A stretch of 64,000 bases of DNA from Terriglobia bacterium. GTDB taxonomy: Bacteria > Acidobacteriota > Terriglobia > 2-12-FULL-54-10. The notes under the pieces were generated by a model that did no database searches, was not told the origin of the DNA, and was given only the letters and a program-made list of their open reading frames with translations. Location of the stretch: NCBI GenBank assembly GCA_963666975.2, contig CAXVYR010000004.1, positions 2,016,001 through 2,080,000 of the forward strand. Reading direction: 5' to 3'. Both the position numbers and the translations under genes were made by a program. This document shows, piece after piece, positions 1 through 7,882 of this stretch (positions are counted from its first letter, which is position 1; each line of letters starts with the position of its first letter).

Positions 1-13
1 AGCCGCTCACGCC

Positions 14-1225
14 GTGGTCAAGGGAGATGGCGACGTTGTGTGGGACCATGTCCTGGCGGATTGCGCCCAAGGAAAACCGCGCCAAATCTATGAGGGCGGA
101 CTGGTGGAAGCCGATAAATTTCTTCCGGCACGGTGGGATCTGCTGCCTCCCAAAAGTTACATGTGGGCCTCGGTGCAGACGATCCGCGGCTGTCCCAAGC
201 ACTGCTCGTTTTGCTCCGTCTGGCGCACCGATGGGCAACGTCCCCGCCAGCGCGGCGCGCATCCGGTGGTGGAGGAAATTGTCCAGCTCCGGCGGTTGGG
301 CTTCCGGTTTATCGCGCTGGCCGACGACAATTTTTATCCGGTCACGCTGACCGACATCGAGCTCGCCCGGCGCCAGAACAATCTCCCGCGCCTGAACGAA
401 CTCCTGGCCATTCGCGCCGAACGGTTTGAGTTGATGGCCCTCCTGGCCAAACTCCCGTCCGAGATGATCTTTTTCACGCAGATCACGATGGAAGCCGCCG
501 AGGACCCGGAGTTCCTGGACGCGATGCGGAAAGCCCACATCAAAGGGGCGCTGGTTGGCGTCGAGGCGGTCACCGAGGAAGGTTTGAAGGCCGTCTACAA
601 GGATTTCAATTCCTTCGGCGACGACTTGGCGGAGCGCCTGCGAACCTTCAAGCAGCACGGCGTGCACGTGCTCGGATCTTTTATCTTCGGCCTGTCGACG
701 GATCGCCAGGATACCTTCGCAGCAACCGCTGCTCTGGCCAAACAAGCCGACATCACCTTCGCGCAATTCGTGACGATGACGCCTTTCCCCGGCACGGTGG
801 ACTTCGAACGCTGGGAGAAGAGCCAGGGCGAAGACGTGGAGAAAATCCACGGAGTTCCTATCACGCGCTACTGGCTCATCCCGGGACACATGCGTCCCAA
901 GCTGTATACCCCTCATCCCACCATGACCCCGGAGGAAATCCGCAAGGGCACGCAGGGAGTGTGGGACAACTTCTACAGCCTTCCCGAGATCTGGAAGCGC
1001 GCTCATTGCGTCAAGTCCTTGAAAGCGCGGATCGGTTTCCTCTTCATCTCCAAACTGTACCGGCAAATGTACGCCAATACAGGGATCGCCACCGACAGCG
1101 CTCGCCGAAAGAGCGCCAATCGTTGGGCGCGGTGGCTGGCGAAACCCTGCCGGCTTATGTTCCAGGGCAAGAAGATGCCCGATCTCGCCCTCGGCCTTCC
1201 TCCCCGGGAACGGATCTCCAATTAA
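14..1225 (+). CDS. Radical SAM protein, B12-binding class (probably 5'-truncated by the window edge)
   Basis: CxxxCxxC motif RGCPKHCSFC, plus DDNF, GVE and GSFIFG motifs typical of B12-dependent radical SAM proteins. Confidence 0.85.
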   Translation: MVKGDGDVVWDHVLADCAQGKPRQIYEGGLVEADKFLPARWDLLPPKSYMWASVQTIRGCPKHCSFCSVWRTDGQRPRQRGAHPVVEEIVQLRRLGFRFIALADDNFYPVTLTDIELARRQNNLPRLNELLAIRAERFELMALLAKLPSEMIFFTQITMEAAEDPEFLDAMRKAHIKGALVGVEAVTEEGLKAVYKDFNSFGDDLAERLRTFKQHGVHVLGSFIFGLSTDRQDTFAATAALAKQADITFAQFVTMTPFPGTVDFERWEKSQGEDVEKIHGVPITRYWLIPGHMRPKLYTPHPTMTPEEIRKGTQGVWDNFYSLPEIWKRAHCVKSLKARIGFLFISKLYRQMYANTGIATDSARRKSANRWARWLAKPCRLMFQGKKMPDLALGLPPRERISN

Positions 1226-1258
1226 GGCGAAGGTCTTCTTTAGTGGCTACTCGATGGC

Positions 1259-1400
1259 TGTCCGAGCCGGGCATTTTTGTACCAACCGAAGTGAGAGAGA
1301 GTCTCATGGAGGAGGGCATAAAGAGATGCCGATGCCCGGGTACAAACCGGAGCAGATTGTAACGGTGTTGAGGCAATTTGAGGTGGCAGTGGCCAATAGA
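1259..1400 (+). mobile_element. IS3-family left-end relic (terminal repeat plus first ~24 codons of orfA)
   Basis: ATG at 1326 reads MPMPGYKPEQIVTVLRQFEVAVAN, similar to orfA at 62888 (MPKKRYTAEQIIRHLREAEV); a TG-initiated end lies ~67 bp upstream. Confidence 0.65.
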
Positions 1401-1617
1401 GATCCCGAGTAACGGCGAAGGATAGAGTAATCCTGCCAGCCGGATAGGTAAATACTAGCCGACAAGTCCGGACCTGTCCGGGAAACTCGACGAAGCCCCT
1501 TTGAAACAATACGGTTGCCGTATCAACCCAGCATCGTTGAAACGTAATTGATTTGATCCGTGAATGCGTTTGCGCCAAGGCCACTTGCCGCTACTGATAC
1601 TGATGTGGAAGGACCGA

Positions 1618-1685
1618 CTGGCGTTGGCGGAGGGTCACCTGACCCGGCGGCTGTTTGCCAGTATGCTGGGGCGGAGCGCGGCTCA
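1618..1685 (+). pseudogene. IS1380-family transposase C-terminal fragment
   Basis: Peptide LAEGHLTRRLFASMLGR resembles the C-terminus of acidobacterial IS1380 transposases (recalled, not searched). Confidence 0.5.
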
Positions 1686-1707
1686 ATCAACCGAAGCGCA
1701 AAAGTTC

Positions 1708-1736
1708 TTGACACTGGGAAAGCCACGGATTAGGAT
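1708..1736 (+). promoter_or_regulatory. Sigma70-like promoter upstream of the amidohydrolase
   Basis: TTGACA-17 bp-TAGGAT. Confidence 0.5.
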
Positions 1737-1909
1737 GCAACTGTATAGCGGGGTTTACGATCAGCCAATCGAAGCAGAGTTCATCAGATTGCATTATATG
1801 CAAATATAGGTAAGGCTTTTTCTTCAATAAACAAAACGGCTTTCCTTTTTTTCAAACTTAGTATAAGAAACAGTGAAGCACATTTTCTCTCTCCAGAGGA
1901 GGTACGGAC

Positions 1910-3781
1910 ATGAGGCATTTACAAGGGATCAGTGTTTTGAGCACTTTGTGCACAGCGCTGCTTTTCACGGGTCTGCTGCACGCTCAACAAGACCCCGATA
2001 CAATCTTGTATAACGGCAAGATCGTAACTGTGGACAATCACGAAGTTAATGGACCTATAGGGACAATCGCCCAAGCCGTCGCTGTCCGGGAAGGCAAGGT
2101 GTTGGCCGTGGGGAGCAATGACCAAATTCGCCGAATGGCGGGTAGCAATACGAAGTCCTTGGATTTGAAGGGCAGAATGGTTATGCCAGGAATTGCACTC
2201 ACGCACGATCACCCGCAGGATTGGGATCCGCTAAATCCGTACATTATGAAGAAGGTAGTCACTGACGACATGCATATCGAGCGGTTTTTGAATGAACCTC
2301 CAGAACAGCAATTGCAGCAGTTCCCTCGTCTTCTGGATGAGGCTGCACGCAAAGCTAAACCGGGCCAGTGGATTCGGATCAGCATGTTGTTTGGGCCGGA
2401 ATATCGCTGGAGAGACGAGATCACCAATATGTTGGGGCGCCAGATCACGAAGGATATGCTGGACCAAATTGCGCCCAACAATCCGGTGATCATCCGTGCA
2501 GGTTTCGTTGGAGTGCTGTTGAACCAGAAGGCGCTAGAGGTTACGAAGCAATTTTATGGGGATCAGCTAAGCAAGTTTTCGCAGAATGTATTCCAAAATG
2601 ATAACATCGAGACGCAGGGGACCTGCGTGACCTGTTATCGGGAAGTCGAACAAGATGTGCTTTATCCTGCGGAGGTGCTACAAGAAATTTATCGCCTCGG
2701 TTTATCTTGGATGTCAGGTTATGGGCAAACTATTAACGCGACATCACTCTACACAGGCGGTGCGATCCGAGCTTACAACGTCCTGGATCGAAAGGGCCAG
2801 ATGGAGATGCGCATGGGCTGGGGGTGGTACTGGCCCTATCGTAATGAATTTTTTGACGACCCTTATTTTGTTCAAGCGCAAGTGTCGCGGGAGGGGACAG
2901 GATCGGATTATTTCTGGGTCACTGGGATGACATCCCGCATGGGTGGATCCTGCAGCAAATTGGAACCGACACGACCAGAAGTGAAAACACGGGATTGTGC
3001 TTCGCCGGGATTCGCCGCGCCGGAGACCTCGCGGGCTCTGTATGAATATATCAAGGCAGGAGGAAGACTGGCTGGAGATCATATGATCGGGGACCATGAG
3101 GTTGATCTGGTCCTGGATATCATCGAGAAGGCAAGTAAAGACGGCGGAATGACTTTGGATGACATCCGAGCGAGACGGCACGTGACGGAGCACATGCATA
3201 TGTATCCTCGGCCGGATCAGGTTCCCCGATTTAAGAATCTAGGCATGATGACCAGTGGCTGGGACTTCATTATCTGGGAAGGTGGAGGGTATTCATCGGG
3301 CACCAATGTTCTCCAGGACTACGGGGAACGAGCCGTAACACAGATGGTTCCCCGAAGGAGCCTAAACGAGGCAGGAGTTATGAACAGTATGGAATTGGAT
3401 CGGGCGATTGCTGCCACAAACCTAACCCTGTTCCATGTGATGTATTCAGGAGTCACGCGAAAGGATTGGGACGGACGAGTGCTCGGAGCGCAACAAGCAG
3501 TCGGACGAGCATCCATGTTGAAATCAGCTACGCTTTGGGGAGCTTATGGAGTCAAGAAGGAACAAATGTTCGGTTCGCTGGAGCCCGGCAAGTACGCTGA
3601 CCTCATCGTGTTGGACAGGGATTTCCTGATTGTTCCAGAAGATGAAATTCCACAAACGCGTGTTCTCATGACCCTACTGGGCGGCAAAGTTACGCATTTA
3701 GTTCCATCATTAGCGCGCGAGCTTGGAATGCAACCGGCAGGGGCGCAAGTGGAACTGGGCGGTCCAGCCTCAAAATGGTAG
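1910..3781 (+). CDS. Secreted amidohydrolase family 3 (YtcJ-like)
   Basis: Signal peptide; ILYNGKIVTVD, DLKGRMVMPG..THDH, GSLEPGKYADLIVLDRD motifs; RBS GAGGAGG. Confidence 0.85.
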   Translation: MRHLQGISVLSTLCTALLFTGLLHAQQDPDTILYNGKIVTVDNHEVNGPIGTIAQAVAVREGKVLAVGSNDQIRRMAGSNTKSLDLKGRMVMPGIALTHDHPQDWDPLNPYIMKKVVTDDMHIERFLNEPPEQQLQQFPRLLDEAARKAKPGQWIRISMLFGPEYRWRDEITNMLGRQITKDMLDQIAPNNPVIIRAGFVGVLLNQKALEVTKQFYGDQLSKFSQNVFQNDNIETQGTCVTCYREVEQDVLYPAEVLQEIYRLGLSWMSGYGQTINATSLYTGGAIRAYNVLDRKGQMEMRMGWGWYWPYRNEFFDDPYFVQAQVSREGTGSDYFWVTGMTSRMGGSCSKLEPTRPEVKTRDCASPGFAAPETSRALYEYIKAGGRLAGDHMIGDHEVDLVLDIIEKASKDGGMTLDDIRARRHVTEHMHMYPRPDQVPRFKNLGMMTSGWDFIIWEGGGYSSGTNVLQDYGERAVTQMVPRRSLNEAGVMNSMELDRAIAATNLTLFHVMYSGVTRKDWDGRVLGAQQAVGRASMLKSATLWGAYGVKKEQMFGSLEPGKYADLIVLDRDFLIVPEDEIPQTRVLMTLLGGKVTHLVPSLARELGMQPAGAQVELGGPASKW

Positions 3782-3999
3782 TCACATCGGACGGATGCGA
3801 GAGGACACTACTCCCCGGACTTGGTTAACTGACAATGCAAAGACAAGTGCTTCCGCCATCCAGTGTTGTTACGCAGCGATAGAAATCGCCGAGTCATTCC
3901 GACCGACGATGCCGCATGAAAGTTGAATACCTGGACGGTTCTTACTAAGCACAGCCAACAGGCTAGAGCCTTTCTCTTCTTGGTGTATATCTGGCAGTG

Positions 4000-4083
4000 G
4001 TAGCCACGACGAGCGCTTTGCTCGTCGTGGGTCGTTGTGGGCAATGAAAAGTCCACGGCGAAAAAACAATTCGCCGTGGCTAC
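4000..4083. repeat. GTAG-family REP doublet (REPIN-like)
   Basis: GTAG-CCACGACGAGC..GCTCGTCGTGG followed by an inverted CCACGGCGAA..TTCGCCGTGG-CTAC; related copies at 28010-28038 and 28939-29053. Confidence 0.7.
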
Positions 4084-4268
4084 CAAAGATTAGTCAGACT
4101 ACACCAATAGGTGAAATGCTCTAGTGATTCGCCCCGTGATTCGCCCCTGTTTCCGAAAACGGATTTCCGGCAGAATCACCCTCAGCGGACGATTCCACTA
4201 AAATTAGGTCTTGAGTGACGCCGATGAGTTTACCGATTGGGCGGCATTTTCCCTCCCAGGGCGGCCTC

Positions 4269-4297
4269 TTGTATTATCGTAATCGCACAGCTATCAT
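4269..4297 (+). promoter_or_regulatory. tRNA promoter
   Basis: TTGTAT-17 bp-TATCAT, ending 17 bp before the tRNA. Confidence 0.55.
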
Positions 4298-4314
4298 CGG
4301 GTTACGGCCAGGAC

Positions 4315-4390
4315 GGGCCTGTAGCTCAGAGGATAGAGCAGCGGTTTCCTAAACCGCGTGTCGGGGGTTCGAGTCCCTCCAGGCCTACCA
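4315..4390 (+). tRNA. tRNA-Arg(CCT)
   Basis: 76 nt; acceptor stem GGGCCTG/CAGGCCT, anticodon arm GCGGT-TTCCTAA-ACCGC, T-loop GGTTCGAGTCC, encoded CCA. Confidence 0.97.
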
Positions 4391-4429
4391 TTTCTTTTCA
4401 ATCGCTTACGGGTAAACCTGCATAGTCCC

Positions 4430-5515
4430 TTACTGGTTACTGTGGGGACTTTTGTGGGGACCCCCCACACTTTCATACGCCCGAAAGACCTGCTCCACAT
4501 TAAACCGCTCCAGCTTCTTGACCGCCGCCCTCTTGTGCTCCGGTGTCGGATGAACATATCGCATGGTCGTGGAAATGTCGGAGTGGCCCATTAGCTCTTT
4601 CAGGGTTGCCAAATCCACACCGGCCATAGCGGAACGTGTGCCGTAGGTGTGCCGGAGATCATAGAGTCGAAATGGAGGACGGATAGCTGCTTTCCGCAAG
4701 GCATCCAGGTGAGCCTTGCGAATTGTGGTAAGCGGCTTGTCCGGGTTCTGCCGGTGCGGGAACAGGTACGGTCCCTTACAAGCTGCCAACCTCTGCTTCA
4801 AAACACTGACTGACCGATCCGTGAGCAGCACACTCCGCCGACGGAATTTCGTCTTGCCTATGGGCACGAACAGATAGCACCGGTCAAGGTGAACGTTTTC
4901 CTTGCGAATCGTGTACACCTCTTCCGGGCACATCCCGGTCTCGATCATCAGTGTGGCAATATCCCGAAGCAAAGCATTGGCCTCAGCCAGATATCGGTTT
5001 TCCTCGCTATGCGAGACAACCCGCATGGCTCCTGGACCTTCTGGCAAAAAGCGAACACCTTTTACTGGATTGCGAAGAATGTGTTCTTGACGGACGGCGA
5101 AGTTGAGCATGAACCGGAGAGATGCCAAGTCCCGATTGGTTCCTGCCGGGGAAATCTCCCCGGCCCTGGAGAGCTTGAACTTCTCCACCTGGCCCGGAGA
5201 AATCCTATCTAGCGGCATCTTGCCAAAGAACCTAATCAGCGGTTTTGCAGCTACCCGATACCTCAGATGCGTTCGGGGTTTGGCTTGATGCTGTTTCTTG
5301 GACCAGGGAAGAAATTCCGAGTTCACAAAGACCTCAAAAATGGGAGAGGGTCCACGGCGAACAATACCAGCCCGGCCCTCCGCCAACTCCGCCTTGTGGA
5401 TTGCTTCGGCTCGAAGTGCAGCCGTCTTGTTTGCCAACCTCGTACATTTGCGGATGCGCTGTCCCTGAAACACAAAATCGTAACAGTAGACACCTCCCCG
5501 CTTGTAAACGCTCAT
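4430..5515 (-). CDS. int: Tyrosine integrase
   Basis: N-terminal arm-binding-like MSVYKRGGVY; catalytic-region motifs YDLRHTYGT, LMGHSDISTTMRY. Confidence 0.93.
   Translation of the reverse strand: MSVYKRGGVYCYDFVFQGQRIRKCTRLANKTAALRAEAIHKAELAEGRAGIVRRGPSPIFEVFVNSEFLPWSKKQHQAKPRTHLRYRVAAKPLIRFFGKMPLDRISPGQVEKFKLSRAGEISPAGTNRDLASLRFMLNFAVRQEHILRNPVKGVRFLPEGPGAMRVVSHSEENRYLAEANALLRDIATLMIETGMCPEEVYTIRKENVHLDRCYLFVPIGKTKFRRRSVLLTDRSVSVLKQRLAACKGPYLFPHRQNPDKPLTTIRKAHLDALRKAAIRPPFRLYDLRHTYGTRSAMAGVDLATLKELMGHSDISTTMRYVHPTPEHKRAAVKKLERFNVEQVFRAYESVGGPHKSPHSNQ
4439..4464 (+). repeat. Putative integrase arm-binding site, left copy
   Basis: ACTGTGGGGACTTTTGTGGGGACCCC, identical to 15187-15212; holds two TGTGGGGAC units. 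Confidence 0.75.
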
Positions 5516-5733
5516 AGTCTCTGTCTCCTTTCTCGCGGATCGGAAACAGACACCCTGCACCCTTCCAGGTACTTTTGAACGTCCGCAGGATCATACCGCA
5601 CCGCCCGGCCAATTTTTAAATAGGCGATGCCCCGCTTCTGAGAACGCCATTGAGCCAGAGTCTCCCGTGAAAGCCCCGTTTTCACGGCGACCTCTTCCGG
5701 TGTCAAAAGATCGGGTAAATTCAAATGCGCCAT
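5512..5733 (-). CDS. Excisionase-like HTH protein (HTH_17/AlpA type)
   Basis: LLTPEEVA..TLAQWRS..YLKIGRAVRY; 4-bp overlap with the integrase start. Confidence 0.85.
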   Translation of the reverse strand: MAHLNLPDLLTPEEVAVKTGLSRETLAQWRSQKRGIAYLKIGRAVRYDPADVQKYLEGCRVSVSDPRERRQRL

Positions 5734-5999
5734 TACAATTCCTTCGTCTCGGAGCTTTGGCGGGATAGGAAGGCCAGCCGCTCTCTTCCCCGTGGGGTTA
5801 TCCGGTAGAAAATGCCTCTCGCTGTCGGCTCCCGGAAGAGAAGCCCTTGTCGATACAGCTTCAGCAGATAGACGTAGGAGCACTTAATTGACGGACAGAC
5901 CCGATAGGCCAGGTCCGCCGGTATCACTGTCCCTCTCTCATCAATGAATTTCAATACCTCTAATTTTCTTCCTGTCGGACGCATGTTTTTCATATGCAT
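5733..5999 (-). CDS. Small winged-helix DNA-binding protein
   Basis: VLKFI..DLA..LLKLYRQGLL..YRITPRGRE pattern; TAATG coupling to the excisionase. Confidence 0.7.
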   Translation of the reverse strand: MHMKNMRPTGRKLEVLKFIDERGTVIPADLAYRVCPSIKCSYVYLLKLYRQGLLFREPTARGIFYRITPRGRERLAFLSRQSSETKEL

Positions 6000-6041
6000 A
6001 TTCCGTGTGCCTCACCGCTAGTGTTTACTCGCGCCTTGGCG

Positions 6042-6290
6042 TCATATAAAATCTGGATAATTCGTTTCTTGTTTCCGTTTATTTCGCAACGCAGAAAAAC
6101 CGATTAGCAACGCCATCCCCACTAACGCGATGGCAATTCCCCAGAGCAAGACCCGACTCCCGCTACCGGAGCCGGATTTGACCAGCGAGATGCAATCAAC
6201 CACCACGGCGGAGACGGTCCGGTTTCCGGCCCTGGAAACCAGCCAGGCCCAAAGCGGCAGTGGAATGCGGACAGACAATTTGCGGCTCAT
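6042..6290 (-). CDS. Small protein with ribbon-helix-helix-like N-terminus and one TM helix
   Basis: KLSVRIP..TVSAVV, GSGSGS linker, 20-aa hydrophobic stretch, basic tail; GGAGG RBS; overlaps the upstream stop. Confidence 0.6.
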   Translation of the reverse strand: MSRKLSVRIPLPLWAWLVSRAGNRTVSAVVVDCISLVKSGSGSGSRVLLWGIAIALVGMALLIGFSALRNKRKQETNYPDFI

Positions 6291-6565
6291 GATTCCTCCC
6301 GAACTTGTTTTTTCAGTCGTTCAATTCCCTTGTTTCCACGTACAAAAACCTGCATCCCGCAAGGATCGCAGACGAAGTATGGCCGTCCTTTCTTGCTGAT
6401 TCGCACATCCGGCCAACGCCCACACAGAAAGCACTTCAGAGTCTTTCCGGCCAATTCACTTTTCTCGTTTTCCGATGTAGAAAAAATATCGGCAATCTGG
6501 TCCAACAAACCGGGGGCTGTCTTTCGAGCCTTTGTCTTGCTTCTCTTCGTTTTTTCTGTTCCCAT
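6287..6565 (-). CDS. Zinc-ribbon protein
   Basis: CFLC..SKKGRPYFVCDPC. Confidence 0.7.
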   Translation of the reverse strand: MGTEKTKRSKTKARKTAPGLLDQIADIFSTSENEKSELAGKTLKCFLCGRWPDVRISKKGRPYFVCDPCGMQVFVRGNKGIERLKKQVREES

Positions 6566-6719
6566 TAAAAGCCTCCGTGTGACGGATTACACAATCCCGC
6601 CCGCTGTCAGACCCATTTTCAGGAAACGTGGAAGCGGCTACCAAATAAATAAAAAAGAAGTGGCTGGAAAGACCACTTCTCTGCCACTGAATTGGAAGGG
6701 GAATTTTGTGGCAGGGGAA

Positions 6720-7517
6720 TTAGGCCGAAGTGCGGGAACGCAGTCGCCGAGCCTCCTGTGCCCTTTCTATCGAGGTTCGGAATGCCAATTCATAATCCGC
6801 TCCGGCCATTACGTCCGCAATGAGCCGGGCACGCGAATTAAGGCGGGTCGCCCGTTTAAGAAGTTTTGTGTCTTTCAAAATTAGCTCCAAACGGGAAATG
6901 TGCCGGAGCAAGAAAGCACATTGTTCCGGATGATCTTTTTTCCAAAACCTCAGAAGTTCACGGATCGAGCGGCGCGTACCGGTCTTTTGTTCTGACAATA
7001 GCTTTTTTAGGACGGGGAAAAGCTGGTCGGACTTTGCGGCAAGTTCTGGGAAAGAACCTCTGGGAAGTTTTGGCTTTCTGCCCACTTTTGCTTTGAACGC
7101 CTGTCCGACACCTTTGAGGAAAGAACGCCATCGCTCCGGCTTGTTCAATTGAAGTACCGCGAGCGCCTGTCCTACGTTTGGAGGATTCGCAAGAATCTCC
7201 GCCTTGAATGCTGCAACAATTTTTCCCCGGTCTCTCTTTTCTGTTGCCTCGGCCAATTCCTTTCCAGAAAGACCGCCAAAATGTGTTGGCTGAAAGCCCG
7301 CTGCCTTTAGCAACTTGTCAAGCGGACCTGGATTGTCTCTTCCGCCTAACATGAAATCTCGCAACCAGGGGTTTGAAGGGTCCACAACTTGATCTGCAAG
7401 TAGTTCGGCAAGCTTTCCGCATTCCGCTTCCGTCAACTTTCTCTCAAGCGAGGTCGGATCGGGCGGGTCTTTACGTAACATGAACGTAACGTTGCAGTCT
7501 TGGAGGCTGTCTGTCAA
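6720..7517 (-). CDS. Hypothetical basic helical protein
   Basis: 265-aa ORF co-oriented with the island core; start uncertain. Confidence 0.6.
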   Translation of the reverse strand: MTDSLQDCNVTFMLRKDPPDPTSLERKLTEAECGKLAELLADQVVDPSNPWLRDFMLGGRDNPGPLDKLLKAAGFQPTHFGGLSGKELAEATEKRDRGKIVAAFKAEILANPPNVGQALAVLQLNKPERWRSFLKGVGQAFKAKVGRKPKLPRGSFPELAAKSDQLFPVLKKLLSEQKTGTRRSIRELLRFWKKDHPEQCAFLLRHISRLELILKDTKLLKRATRLNSRARLIADVMAGADYELAFRTSIERAQEARRLRSRTSA

Positions 7518-7654
7518 GAGCCTTAAAAACCCTGGTCAGTGCAAACCAGAAAGTACGAGCCATGCTGGACGTGAGTGGAATTGGGCCGGGGCTTACTTTA
7601 TTTGACACGAACGGAAAGGTGGGAGCGTCCTTATGGCAGATACACGGTCTTCAC

Positions 7655-7882
7655 AGTCGGAAATCGATTTCTTCGCAAATTTCCATGGACTTGGAAGAAG
7701 CACACAGAGCTGGTGATTGTAGATAGAGGTGTCAATGCCTCGAACCGTTAGAAATTCGATGGCTCCTTCCAGTTCTTTTTGATAATCCGCCGGGTCAACA
7801 CAAATTTGTAGAGGTTTCGACTCACATAACCAATCATCAGTACCATGAGGGCTACGTGCGCAGCGAATGGGAGATTCCTGTA
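7655..7882 (-). pseudogene. hxsC: Frameshifted fragment of His-Xaa-Ser system radical SAM maturase HxsC
   Basis: One frame reads YRNLPFAAHVALM; after a shift VDPADYQKELEGAIEFL..SIYNHQLCVL..WKFAKKSISD, matching the HxsC C-terminal region as recalled. Confidence 0.65.

Noticed and set aside
2620-2640. Heme c site in the amidohydrolase
   Set aside because: Motif is CVTCY, not CxxCH
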